Source of the DNA: Balanoglossus misakiensis
Lineage: Eukaryota; Animalia; Hemichordata
Direction: 5' to 3'
NCBI GenBank assembly: GCA_040954595.2
Contig: CM082584.2
Coordinates: forward strand, 3,193,344-3,257,343
DNA length: 64,000 nt
In this document: piece by piece, positions 36,585-49,600 of the stretch
How the letters are laid out: every line of letters begins with the position of its first letter
How positions within the stretch are numbered: position 1 is the stretch's first letter
Position numbers and translations under genes: made by a program
The notes under the pieces: generated by a model
Told to the model about the DNA's origin: nothing
The model's database searches: none
The model's input: only the letters and a program-made list of their open reading frames with translations

Positions 36585-39500
36585 AGAAATTGATTAGCGG
36601 AAAAACGTATGTTTAGATTAAGACTATCAAACATGAATTAAAATTACATCGTGTCTAAATATTAAAGTTTGCCGTCGTGTTTACTGAAGAATAATGTGTT
36701 TGTAAGGTAGTGAAGGAAAATAGATAACACCTACGCATACCATTTGTTTAGGTCGACAGTTTTCATTTCAACAGGTAATAATTTCTGAATGTTGCGTGTG
36801 GTCGTCAATCGATTGATGATTCTCGTTGTAAATGGCAACGTACATACGGCCACAACTATCACGTATTTCCCATTTTCTTTCAAGATCTATCTAACATTAA
36901 AGCCATTTTGTCACATCTTGACTCGTTCAAGTCGTCATATTTGATCGAATGCGTCGATCGTCTGCAAAAGATTGTGATTCTCAGTTTCCCATTGTTCCCT
37001 CTATGTCTTCACAGTGCGTGTAGTAGTGTGTATTAAGCCTTGGACTTTCAGCAACGGATTCTTCTACTTCAACTCATCCCTAGAGGGGTAGTCCATCTGC
37101 CTGGTCGTGAGTGCCCAACCCACTCGTCTTTCAAGCTAATATGTTTCCGCGCGTCACAGACCACCAAATGCATTCTCCTCAACAATAAGGAATGCGCTAC
37201 TTCTGGAAACCAATTTATTACACACTGCACTAGAGTCTCATCATCAGCTATTACTTTCACCGGTGACATCAGTAGACATTTTTACTGTTTCCGGTGTTGT
37301 TTTATTCTTGAGATGTTGCCGTCAACCATTAAAGGGACATTTAGCTGTAACTTTTGGGTTTCTTTTGAGTATTGTTGTTCTGTGTACCAAATGTAATTAC
37401 TTGTTCTACTCCAAACTGTATGCTAATATACCCAGTACTCCGCTTGTCAAATTAGCCTGTATGTGTGCAACGGCCTTTACATACATTTCAATACACTGAT
37501 CACATACATAAGTATAATAAATGTCACGACAGACCTCGACAGACAGTGCAATTTCAACCGAAAGTTCATCATGTAGAATTGATTAGTGCCATAAGCCATG
37601 GTTTCAGCTAACCTTTCCAAACCTTTGACTGTAATTATATTTATGAGCTAGTGACATTACACAGTCACGGAAAGCACATGTAGGGTCCCTCATACCAAAT
37701 TTCACAGCAATTGGACAAGCAGATTCGCAGATTTTTTGCCCCCCCCCCCCGCCCCCACCACAAATATTGCTGAAGAATACAACATGGCAGAATTTGCCAC
37801 AATTTGAACAAATATGACTCAGATCATCCCTATTTACATTTACCTATATACTCATCCAGTCTGGATATAAAAGCTTATTGATTCTGGGGTCAAGTCACTT
37901 TTTGTCGGTCAACAGGCTGATATGATCACTTTTCACACTCTAAGATATAATCAGGTGCAAAAACAGCGCCAAAGCAATGGCACTTTGTGGCAAATTCAAT
38001 CACAATTTTTAACAGCCAACTTCACCGCCATAATTGCTTGGAAAACCCCTGGGAACTACATTTGTACACATCTCTGCAGCCTTTGAAATGCATCCTTTGC
38101 GAGGCAACACACAGCTGCTGCAAAAGGCCATTACAGGGACCGCAGAACTTGTAATGATCTGAAAACTGGTACATGTTTTGTGTATTAATAGAAACATGAT
38201 GCGGTTGACACCACTGGGCAAGACGCAGACATCTTTGCATCCGGCTTTAAGAGATTATTTGAGCGGTGTAAAAAAGTCAAAGCCCACTTGTCACAAGCTG
38301 GACGGCTGGCTGGGATTTTAAAATGAACATCAGCCAACATGCACACAGAGGCAACGTTGAGTGAAATATCGTGTTCTGGCAGAATGAATATGCGCAGGGA
38401 ATAAACGACTCTTGTTTGCGTAAAGTAAATGGGAAAGCAATGTCATGTGCTGAAATGACTCAATGTCTTCAGAGGAGAAAAGACCCAACCTCTTGCAGTT
38501 ATAACTTCTGCAGTCATATACTTTGATATAAACTGTCGCCCGCAGATGACTTAGTGTTTCATCGAAAACAGACGCTGAAGAAATGTGGTTGAAGTAGAAA
38601 TACATACAAATGAACACATACATTGGAATACGTATATTGTACGGTTGTACTATGCAGATGGGTTTCTTTTGTTTAACAGTCACTCTGAATAAGAATTTAA
38701 GGTTTCATTAAAATTCTGAACTATAATATGTTTTTGTTTAATTTGTAGATTGCAATTAGTGGTGGCCTGGTATTGCAGACAAATATCATTCAGAGGCTTG
38801 GCAATTTCAAATCTCAGACTATTAACAAAGAAGCTGCTGTTGGAATTCTGTTGACTGAAATCTGGATGGTGGTAAATTTCATTTCATTTCTTTTTCTATC
38901 AGTGCAAGTCACACCTGCAGGTGCACAAGTAGAATTGTTTTGTCCTCTTCCATATATGAGACAGTGTCTTCAAATACTTCAACTGACTCAAACAAACCGC
39001 ACAGAAACATTATAAATGGAAGACACAACAAAGACTGCAATTAGAAAATTGTAATGTTAATACATTATTTAATCAATTTCAATACACACACATCACAATG
39101 CCAGACATTATCGATTGATGTATCAAATAGGAGCTTGCTGCAACCATTCATGCAGTCTGTCTGTCAGCAGATGTATGGTACCTACCAAGAATTAATTTCG
39201 TTTCTTGACAAACACTCTTGATGTTCTTTGTAACTGCCGCAGCTGATGTGACTTTTTCCTGACCTTCAATTCTCCACGATGACATGCACTAATATGGGCA
39301 GGTCATACAGCACTTCCGTTACATTTGTGGAAAAGTAAACAATTCTTCACAAGAAATTTAACATTTTCGCTTAATTAAAATATCAATTTCTCTAAACTCT
39401 GCCTACATCTTAATAACAGTACAAAATGGCTTCCTAAAATAATAAACTTTTGTACGGTAAAGTGAATGAATGCAGAAGAGTCAGTGTACATGTATGAGCA

Positions 39501-39649
39501 TGAACTAAACTCCAATGTTTTCAGCCATATTGTAGGCCGGATTTTGTACAACTGTAGTAACAAGTCTCTCTCAGTGAATACACTCACATAACTTGACACA
39601 ACATACAATTAAGTTTGAAAATGAACTCGTGACAATATGCAGCTAAGGC

Positions 39650-39743
39650 TTAAACCCTTTCACCCCCAGTTCCCTCTTAAGAGGTTCCATTTTACCATAG
39701 GAAACAAAGGATTTGGGCCAAACCATGATAGTGAGCGGGTTAA
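39650..39743. mobile_element. Possible tiny degenerate piggyBac-type MITE
   Basis: TTAA(A)CCCTTTCAC...GTGAGCGGG-TTAA: TTAA flanks, CCC/GGG termini and an imperfect TIR. Confidence 0.4.
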
Positions 39744-42009
39744 ATGGTATAGTTTGGATGTAGTCACTCCTCGTCACTGCATGTATCTTGAATCTTGAAT
39801 TTCGAAGCCAGCTGATGAAGCTGCATGATGGCTTGGCCTGTCAAAGACAAAGGGACAGAAGTCTGCCATGTTAAATTGATAAAATGGTGATACCTCAAGC
39901 AATTGTATTTTTCAAAGCAGAAGTTTCATCAAAAGCAACATGAAAACCTTACTACTTAACCACAATCTGAGTATCTGAACTTTGCAAGGTGTGTGTGTAT
40001 GTGTGGATTTACTCGAAAAACTAGAAATTGTATATGGATTTATTTCCATAAGGCCCATTTTTCTGGCACTGTGTCACTGGAAACATTTAACTGAGAGAGA
40101 GAGAGTTGGTGTTGTTTTCTGAACCGTTAAAACCTCATTTAAAAGCAGCAGCTTATATCCCTTATTGGCAAAGCTCAAAAGGATTGGCATTTAAAACATT
40201 GATTAAAATCGCTGAGCCAAATTCAATTCATGTTTATTCCCACTATGAGGGGCTAATGCAGAAAATACACCATGGGGAAATAGAAAATAGCTGCCTGCCA
40301 GCATAAACAACATGCCGTAGAATTGCAAGTCGTTAGTCGAATGGTAAACAGGGCAAAGTTGGCAGGAAATTCTACTTCTAAACCACACAAACCTGTCTTT
40401 GTACTAATTATATCGTAACAGAAATTTACACCCCCTGGCATGAATGTATTACAGTGGATGTTCCTCAAATACATTGATGTTTATTGAAAAGTGTTTGGTG
40501 TGACAACATACAGATGTGAATACTGAAAGTCTGCATGTATATACTCTATTTGGTTTGAGTTCAAATCGAATCTTTTTTTTTTTAATTTTCATATTTTTAT
40601 GCAAGCCTAATAAAATCAGCGGATACCTTGAGGCTTTCATAACCGTTGTATGTTGTTTCCATTGGATTTAACATTTCACCGTCTAATTTTAAATGTCAAT
40701 TCAATTTTCATCAATTTACCAAAAAATTATCTTCCGCATTTGAAAGACATTTGATATATAAAACCCAGTGGGCTTTTGGTTTATTGCCAGGAAATTGAAC
40801 CATATGAGTAGGCAAAGCCATTAGCTCTGAACAAATTGGATACTACTTATAGAAGAAATTTGGAAGGGATGTAATTTGTCAATTCACAACCAAATTTAAA
40901 ATGGATGTTTTTTTTTAAAAAGGAGATAATATGCTGACACAAACCTGCGGGGTTTGTCTTTGTTCGGGTCTATCCTCCTGCCTAAATCGGGCTCCCATAT
41001 CAACATATAACTATCATTGCCACAACTGTACAATTCCTGCATAAAAAATGAAATATTCCAGAATTGAAAAACAAACATTGATTTACATGTAATGTACATG
41101 TACGTGGCCTGTATGAAATGTGGATAATGCAGCAGTGTTTGAATGAAATGACACCGAAGTTCTTCTCCAGACTGCCTCTAATGCCGGAAACAGAATGACA
41201 TTATAAGGGAATAGAAATAAGCCAAAAGAGTGTAACTTTCAAGCTTCGAGAAAACTTAAAATCAATTTTTTTAAAATTAGTTTGAAGAAGTTTGGCACCA
41301 CGTTAACGAATCCTGTCATTTAAGTCCAATTTAGCTGAAGACGAAAACAAGAAATTTTATCAGAATTAAGCTTATGTAATAAGGAAAACGATTTGATCAT
41401 GCCGCAGTTATCACGTTATTTTGCTCAAAATATCACATTTTCCTCACTGCGTCACAGAACGATACACAATCATATTTGGCGGGAAATAATCAAGAGCGAA
41501 GCCTTGGTAAAACTTTTATTTTCAAGGTTCATACTACCTTAATTGCATTATCCTGCCAAATCACTATCCTGTGCATTAACTTGAGAGAATTTTTTGCCCA
41601 TATTTGGCGTATGCATTAGTTGTAAGTAGTTTCACACTTGATCAAGCAGACATTTCAACCCTTTAAATTTTATTACTTTCAGAGCACAATTTACAATTAA
41701 ATGTTCTACTAAAACATGAACTAATGCAATTCAAATTCAAACCCAGTCTCTGGAGATATTTTCCAATTTGACCTTTGACCTACCTGAGTAAGTGGATGAA
41801 AGACGCAAACGTTGACGTTGTTGTAATGACCCACAAGGGTGTTGACATGTTCACCAGTCACAATATCAAAGACTGCGATACTACTGTACGTCAGCACAAA
41901 TACAACATCTGGGTAAGATGAACTAGACACTGCAAGTTTTGCTCCTTTTCGGCAATTTTTGTCTTTCTTCCCAAAATTTACCTGAAAACATAAGACAAGT
42001 GACCTATCG

Positions 42010-43876
42010 GTCAAAGAGCTCTGTTGACTTTAACAGTGTAACCTGGGCAATGATATGAATACCCTAGGTTTTAATTCATAACAATTGTATTCTATTGAAC
42101 AAAACCAAACATAGACATCACAAGTTTTTATCCAAATTCAGCTTGATTCATTGTGCACTGCTAAAGAAAGAATGAATTGAATCCTAAAGAACAATATCAA
42201 AAGAAAGCACCAAGGTTCTAATTTGCATATTCATGACCCCATCAAAATTCCAATTAACAAAATCAGGTCGTGGCACCATAACACACATTCCTACCAAATT
42301 TCAGCTCCATCGTACATGTAGTTAGGGAGAAGAAGATTTTTTACCAAACATTCTATGTTTAGATCTAATTTGCATATTCACGACCCGATCAAATCCAAAA
42401 TAACAAAATCAGGTAGGGACACCATAACACACATTCCTACCGAATTTCAGCTCCATCGTACATGTAGTTGGGGAGAAGAAGATTTTTTACCGAAAAATCT
42501 ATTTTTAGATCTAATTTGCATATTTATGACCCCATCATATCCAAATTAACAAAATCAGGTAGGGGCACCATAACACACGTTCCTACCAAATTTCAGCTCC
42601 ATCATACATGTAGTTAGGGAGAAGAAGATTTTTTACCAACAAATCTATTTTTAGATCTAATTTGCATATTCATGACCCCCATCAAATCCAAATTTACAAA
42701 ATCAGGTAGGGGCACCATAACACACAGTCCTACCAAATTTCAGCGCCATTGTACATGTAGTTGTGGAGAAGAAGATTTTTACCAAAACTTATATTTTTAG
42801 ATGTAATTTGCATATTCTTGACCCAATCAAATCCAAATTAACAAAATCAGGTAGGGGCACCATAACACACATTCCTACCAAATTTCAGCTCCATCGTACA
42901 TGTAGTTATGGAGAAGAAGATTTTTGACCAAAAATTCTATTTTTAGATCTAATTTGCATAATCATGACCCGATCAAAACCAAATTAACAAAATCAGGTAG
43001 GGACACCATAACACACGTTCCTACCAAATTTCAGCTCCATCATACATGTAGTTAGGGAGAAGAAGATTTTTTACTAACAAATCTATTTTTAGATCTAATT
43101 TGCATATTCATGACCCCATCAAATCGAAATTTACAAAATCAGGTAGGGGCACCATAACACACAGTCCTACCAAATTTCAGCGCCATTGTACATGTAGTTG
43201 TGGAGAAGAAGATTTTTACCAAAACTTATATTTTTAGATGTAATTTGCATATTCTTGACCCAATCAAATCCAAATTAACAAAATCAGGTAGGGGCACCAT
43301 AACACACATTCCTACCAAATTTCAGCTCCATCGTACATGTAGTTAGGGAGAAGAAGATGTGTTACCAAACATTCTATGTTTAGATCTAATTTGCATATTC
43401 ATGACCTGATCAAATCCAAAATAACAAAATCAGGTAGGGACACCATAACACACATTCCTACCGAATTTCAGCTCCATGGTACATGTAGTTGGGGAGAAGA
43501 AGATTTTTTACCGAAAAATCTATTTTAAGATCTTATTTGCATATTTATGACCCCATCATATCCAAATTAACAAAATCAGGTAGGGGCACCATAACACACA
43601 TTCCTACCAAATTTCAGCTCCATCGTACATGTAGTTAGGGAGAAGAAGATTTTTTACCAAACATTCTATGTTTAGATCTAATTTGCATATTCATGACCCG
43701 ATCAAATCCAAATTTACAAAATCAGTTAAGGGCACAATGACACACATTCCAACCAAATTTCAGCTAAATATGCCAAGTTGTTTTAAAGAAGAAGATTGAA
43801 ATACCAAAAGTTTACGGACGACACTTATCAACCTACTGCTACAGCTCGGCTGACACAAGTGACAGCAGAGCTAAAA
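42010..43876 (+). mobile_element. Helentron/HINE (pearl-like) non-autonomous element carrying a 146-bp tandem array, in an ERCC8 intron
   Basis: About 11 units of ~146 bp (42217-~43800), then a short GGACGAC tract and an imperfect 3' hairpin agctcggctgacac-aa-gtgacagcagagct followed by AAAAA. The 5' boundary is approximate. Confidence 0.65.
42217..43800 (+). repeat. 146-bp tandem repeat, ~11 copies
   Basis: Units start at about 42217, 42364, 42510, 42656, 42802 and so on; each has tctaatttgcatattcatgacc...ggagaagaagatttttt. Confidence 0.97.
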
Positions 43877-46646
43877 AGGGGTGAAATTAACAATGGCAAA
43901 TGGTCCCGTAAGGGAGATTAAAAATCTAACAATAGGACCATTTCATTTCAGTAAATAAAGGTGGTAAATTTATGTTATATTATGAAATATATAAAACTGT
44001 ACACATTTATTATGGCCCCAGAAACGGTGCAATCTCCTGCAGCGTATAGATTAACAAAAAAATCCACATCACATAAAGGTTTGAAAAGAATTGCATGGGA
44101 AAACGGAAAAACAAATCTCTATTTTGTTTAACAAGAATGAATGGATGTTAAAACCGACTCTGTAACTGACGTTTAAAAAAAAATTGGCCAGTACAGTAGA
44201 TGCGAATGATTGAGCAACAAAGAGATAAGACCAAACTACCCGCAGGCTGGCACAGATGGGTTGGGTATTAACCTGTATCTGTTGTGTAAGAATTGCAATC
44301 CTGTTTTTTAAAGTAATCATGTTTTGCAGATTAAATCACGACGCGTGTTAGTCTTGTCTGTACAATTCTGTGCAGGCAGCGTGACGTGAATTATAAACCA
44401 AGAATATTGAGTGAAAGGATCATAGTTGTTCTTACCAGAGTGTTCTTGCCAGTCAGAGTGTCCCAGAGCCGCAGTCTGTCGTCAGTGCCAATTCGACCAA
44501 ATACAGGCCATCATCAGTGAATGAGAGTCCGTTGACATGTCCATTGTGAGCTGTGTTCACTGAAATGACAAATTACATAAATTAGTAGGTGTGGTAATTA
44601 GTGATTCCAGTCTAAAAGTTTTAGGTCAAAAGGGGGGGGGGGGGGCAGTTCAAGCGTGGGTTTTTGGTGCTCGAATCTGGCAGTTAGGCAAGAAGGGAAA
44701 TCAAAAATCTGTGTGGAATCTATTTCACACACTCCTTTAATCTCACACTAGCATATGATTCATTCCGTGCGACTTGCCCTCCAATTAATTCAGAACTATG
44801 ATCAGTGATCACAGGTCCGGTCTTTAGATATTATTTTTACCAAACCGAAATGTACTGAAACAAATATATCTAGAACATAAAGACAGGTAATACTGCATAC
44901 CAGGTGTGCGAACAAGTCTCAGCAGGGTCACGGAGACTAATGATCATTCACAACGAAAGGACAAGCATCTGGTTGGACACAATACATATTAGAAATTTCA
45001 GTCACATAAAAGCTATGTAATCCCAGACCATCATGCCTGATAGTGTAGATTTTTCAATCACATTAAATTTTCCCATTGCCACGACAATATGCTATCTGCG
45101 TGATTAAAATTGTTTGTGCTTCAGTGCCGTCACCTTGGTGCCATGGTAACACCAATACCAGCATTTATGCACAACATACAATGAAAACTTCAGTCAGAAT
45201 CACCACTAGGTGGCGCTAGATTTGTACATGTCTGATGAGTTACGGTAACATGAGTGATACAATTGGATATGTTGTAATTTAAGACTTTCAGACTTTATGC
45301 ATAAATCCATGCATTGATATGAGTGTAGTTTTATAGAAATAATCACCTGCTTCCGCTGAACTCTTCCCCTTTTCTCCATTATTCTGATCCAGCGTTGCTA
45401 GGCAACACTTGACTCTCCTTACATCCCACAGCATCACTTTGCTGTCACGGCTGCAAGGCAAATCAGATCACAGAAGATGCTTAGTTTTTGAATGTGAATA
45501 TTCAACAAGGTGGTCACATGAAAATTCTCTCCCTCTGGTAGACTGACCTTTCGCCATCAATTTCAACAGCCATGTTCACTGTCAATGTGATGCCCAACTG
45601 CATGATAAACAAACCTACCTTCCTGTGGCCAGAACGAACTCATTTTTTGTAGACCATTTTCCGGCCAGGACACAGGCCCTGTGTCCCTTGAGAATGTGTG
45701 AAGAAGTCCCTCTTTTCAGGTCACATAGAATTGTGTGTGAAATATTGGTGCCATACTGTCAAAAAAGGAAATATCAATGGTATTTGTTTGTGTTGTGTTA
45801 TACATTTATTGTATTGGCATTGTACTTTAATGTCAGTTGAGAGTTTTCTCATAATTTATTTTTATATCCATGCAGGAGGTGAATACAAACGTATACTAAA
45901 TCTATATAATTTTTGTGCTAAAATCTGGTCTTCTGATATCAAGAAAAATCTGCACACATCTGCTACCAGACAGTGTTTTGCTGCTATTGGAGACATGTCA
46001 TGTGAATAAATATTTCCTTCAAAGGAAAAGACCTCAGCCGGTTTCAGGGTGTTTGTGTCCCAAATCTTCAGCTTTTTGTCCATGGCGCTTGAAGTGAACA
46101 TGCCATTGTCGTGGGGATACCACTGGACTGTCTCAACACTGAACTTGTGGACATGACGAGAAGACCTGGAAGTACAGATGAAAGTGAGCCTTCAGTGTTG
46201 AACATTGACATTTATTGCTGTTAGAGCAGATGTGCACATTGCCCAGCGCTTTTGGGGACTGTTCAGTTTTTACTGCTGGGGGGCCGGCAAAATCCAGGGG
46301 GGGGGGGTCACTTAAATTTTGAAGTCCAAAAGGGGGGGGGGGGTCATCTGGTTTTTTTAAACGTTTAGGGGGGGTCACATACTTTTGCCACCGAACTTTT
46401 GCTTTTGAGTCTACAAAATTGCAGTTTCGCGCCCTTTATTTTACAAAATTTTCTAATTTTCCCACCCCCTTCATTCCCTGCCACATTTCATTTTTTGCTG
46501 GTTTGACTAGTGTACCAGGGCAGAGTGCTTGCCACCCCACCCCGATGCTTACTTTGAGTGGAGTGGCAAATAAAAGTTGTCCTCCCTAACATTTAATTAA
46601 TTAGGGTTTCGAGACCAGAGGGTCTCGAAACTATCTTGAAATCGTG

Positions 46647-46688
<42 letters not shown>

Positions 46689-46691
<3 letters not shown>

Positions 46692-49600
46692 GTTAAGGGG
46701 TTTAAAGAATTATATAAACAATTTATCAATTTCATGTACAATCATTCCTGATTCTTCAGATTCATAATTTAGCGCTAAAGACATAATTTTTCAAAGTGGC
46801 CTATATCTAAAATTGCCGACGTTTCAACGCTTTCGCTGGAGATTTTCTACATATTCACAAAAAGACCACGGGTATTGTTAACACTATTTAAAACCTTGTT
46901 ACCCGGTGAGTCAGCTGGTGAGGTAAAAAACTTCACTCGAAACCCAACGCAAGTTTATTTACGTACAACATTGTAGCAATTTTTCGTATGTTTGCGCGCG
47001 CTCTGAAATCACGCGATGTCAACTGAGTGTGAACGAGCTGTTTCGCGTCGTGTCGTCTGTCCAGTTTTCGTGGCTAAAACGACAGGAATAATACCCCAGT
47101 TGGCTTTAGAATTGCACATATCGTGAGATTTGAGCGCCATAGCACCGCAGATATCCTGGAACAGGAAGGTTAGTGTTAAAATCATTGTTTTTAATCGAAG
47201 TATTGACCTCTGAGTTATGCTACGTTTGTGTCGGTGTCAAACGGACGCAATGTTTACACGGCAGCCAAATAGAATCGGAGAAATGAAGAAATGTTATCAC
47301 GATACTTTGGATTTCGTGTTATTATTTCTCGGGAATTTTATTGTTTTCTCAGACGAGGTGACAGGATAGACACACGAGGCATCTCGCGGTTCCGTTTTCA
47401 ATGTTGAATTTTATGTTTTGACTGTATTTGCGTGTCAGCTGACGGGTCTTCGCATTCATCAGAAGCTATCATGCGTCGCTGAGATTTGATTCTTCATAAA
47501 CGAAAATTGTTTCATAACCATACCAAATAAAACATTTCCAGAAATTTAGAAGTTTGAAGACTTTTCTGCTAGTTGTTTATTTAGTGTTAAAGTCACGCTG
47601 AACTGCCAAATTTAACAGACTCGCCGTCAACACTCAAAGAGTGTGTACTTCTACGAGTGTGTCCTGTAACTGCCTTCCTTCGCTAACCATACAACAACAA
47701 ATAGACGGTAAACGATTATGCAATACCAATGGATTTATGTTTTAAAACTGGTCGACAGTCAGGAAATATGCATGAACAATCGATTGATTGGATTCCCCAG
47801 CGATACTACTATATTGTATCTTGTGATTTTTTGTAGTGAAACTGTGGAAATCGGCAGGCTGCATTGCCAGTTGTTCTGCACATGCGCAGTTCCTCTGTCT
47901 TGAAAGTAAAGTCAAATTTCACCAACTTAATATAAATGTACATTCGGAAAATAAACCCCAAATGTTTTCTTTGTGACCAAAAATACTGCCAGTGTGATTT
48001 TGTGTTCAAATCCAAGCTATTATTATTTAAATTGACTTGTGATACCCTCTCTTAGCACAAAAAGCATAATTTCAGCCCCAAAATGGTTGCCATAGAAACA
48101 TGCGATCACTAAATGGATATCATTTTTGTTCTTTTTGAGCCAAAATACCCCTGTGGTGATGTTTTTGTGGAAATCGGACCTATTATTATTAAAATGATTA
48201 TTTTTATATAATTCTTTATTTAATTATTATTATTATTACCAGTTAAGGGGTTTAAAGAATTATATAAACAATCTATCAATTTAATAAGCACGGGTGGATT
48301 TCCTGTACAATCATTCGTGATACTTCAGATTCATAAAGACAACATTTTTCAAAGTGGCCTATGTATCTAAAATTGCAGACGACGTTTCAACGCTTTCGGT
48401 TGGAGATTTTCTACCTATTAAATATTCACAAAAAGACCTCGGGTATTGTTAAACACTATTTAAAACCTTGTTACCCAGTGAGTCTGGTGGCGTGTGTACG
48501 ACAGATCTGAGGTACAAAACTTCGCTCGAAACCCAACACGAGTTGGAGACCGAGTTTATTTACGTACAACATTGTAGCAATTTTTCGTATGTTTGCGCGC
48601 GCTCTGAAATCACGCGATGTCAACTGAGTGTGAACGAGCTGTTTCGCGTCGTGTCGTCTGCCCAGTTTTCGTGGCTAAAACGACAGGAATAATACCCCAG
48701 TTGGCTTTAGAATTGCACATATCATGAGATTTGAGCGCCATAGAAACCGCAGATATCGTGGAACAGGAAGGTTAGTGTTAAAATTATTGTTTTTAATCAA
48801 AGTATTGACCTCTGAGTTATGCTACGTTTGTGTCGGTGTCAAACGGACGCAATGTTTACAATGTACAAGGCAGCCAAATAGAATCAGAGAAATGAAGAAA
48901 TGTTATCACGATACTTTGGATTTCGTGTTATTATTTCTCGGGAATTTTATTGTTTTCTCAGACGAGGTGACAGGACAGACACACGAGGCATCTCGCGGTT
49001 CCGTTTTCAATGTTGAATTTTATGTTTTGGCTGTATTTGCGTGTCAGCTGACAGGTCTTCGCATTCATCAGAAGCTATCGTGCGTCGCTGAGATTTGATT
49101 CTTCATAGACGAAAATTATTTCATAACCATACCAAATAAAACATTTCCAGAAATTTAGAAGTTTGCAGACTTTTCTGCTAGTTGTCTATTTAGTGTTGAA
49201 GTCACGCTGAACTGCCAAATTTAACACAGACTCGCTGTCAATACTCAAACAGTGTACTTCTACGAGTGTGTCCTGTAACTGCCTTCCTTCAATAACCCAT
49301 GTCATACAACAACAAATAGACGGTAAACGTTTATGCAATACCAATGAATTTATGTTTTAAAACTGGTCGACAGTCTGGAAATGCATGAACAATCGATTGA
49401 TTGGATTCCTTAACGATACTATTGTATCTTGTATTTTTTTGTAGTTACACTGTGGAAATCGGCAGGCAGCATTGCCAGTTTTTCTGCACATGCGCAGTTC
49501 CTCTGTCTTGAAAGAAAAGTCAAATTTCACCAACTTATTATTGTGCATTCGGAAAATAAACCCCAAATATTTTCTTTGTGAACAAAAATACTGCCAGTGT

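Larger units (their letters stand above)
39764..46165 (-). pseudogene. ERCC8: ERCC8/CSA (WD40) gene, disabled; exons 46165-~45958, 45755-45619, 45450-45347, 44559-44436, 41981-41784, 41036-40945, 39837-39764; 5' exons not seen
   Basis: Recognisable segments: [40 protein letters not shown]; LCDLKRGTSSHILKGH; LWDVRR..LDQNNGEK; NTAHNGHVNGL; GKNTL|VNFGK; GHYNNVNVCVF; ELYSCGND; terminal SDEE. Lesions: non-canonical donor at ~45959, 1-nt deletion in the 124-nt exon, and a 7-nt duplication (ATTCAAG twice) in the last exon. Confidence 0.9.

Noticed and set aside
37069-37269. Short minus-strand ORF that looks vaguely protein-like
   Set aside because: No family could be assigned and no consistent exon structure was found.
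42217-43800. Regular repeat array as a possible CRISPR
   Set aside because: Units are fully repeated with no unique spacers, the context is eukaryotic, and there are no cas genes.
46278-46460. G-run cluster plus a 55-bp segment also seen at ~61258-61437
   Set aside because: Probably fragments of a common G-rich repeat. Termini could not be defined and G-quadruplex function is unsupported.
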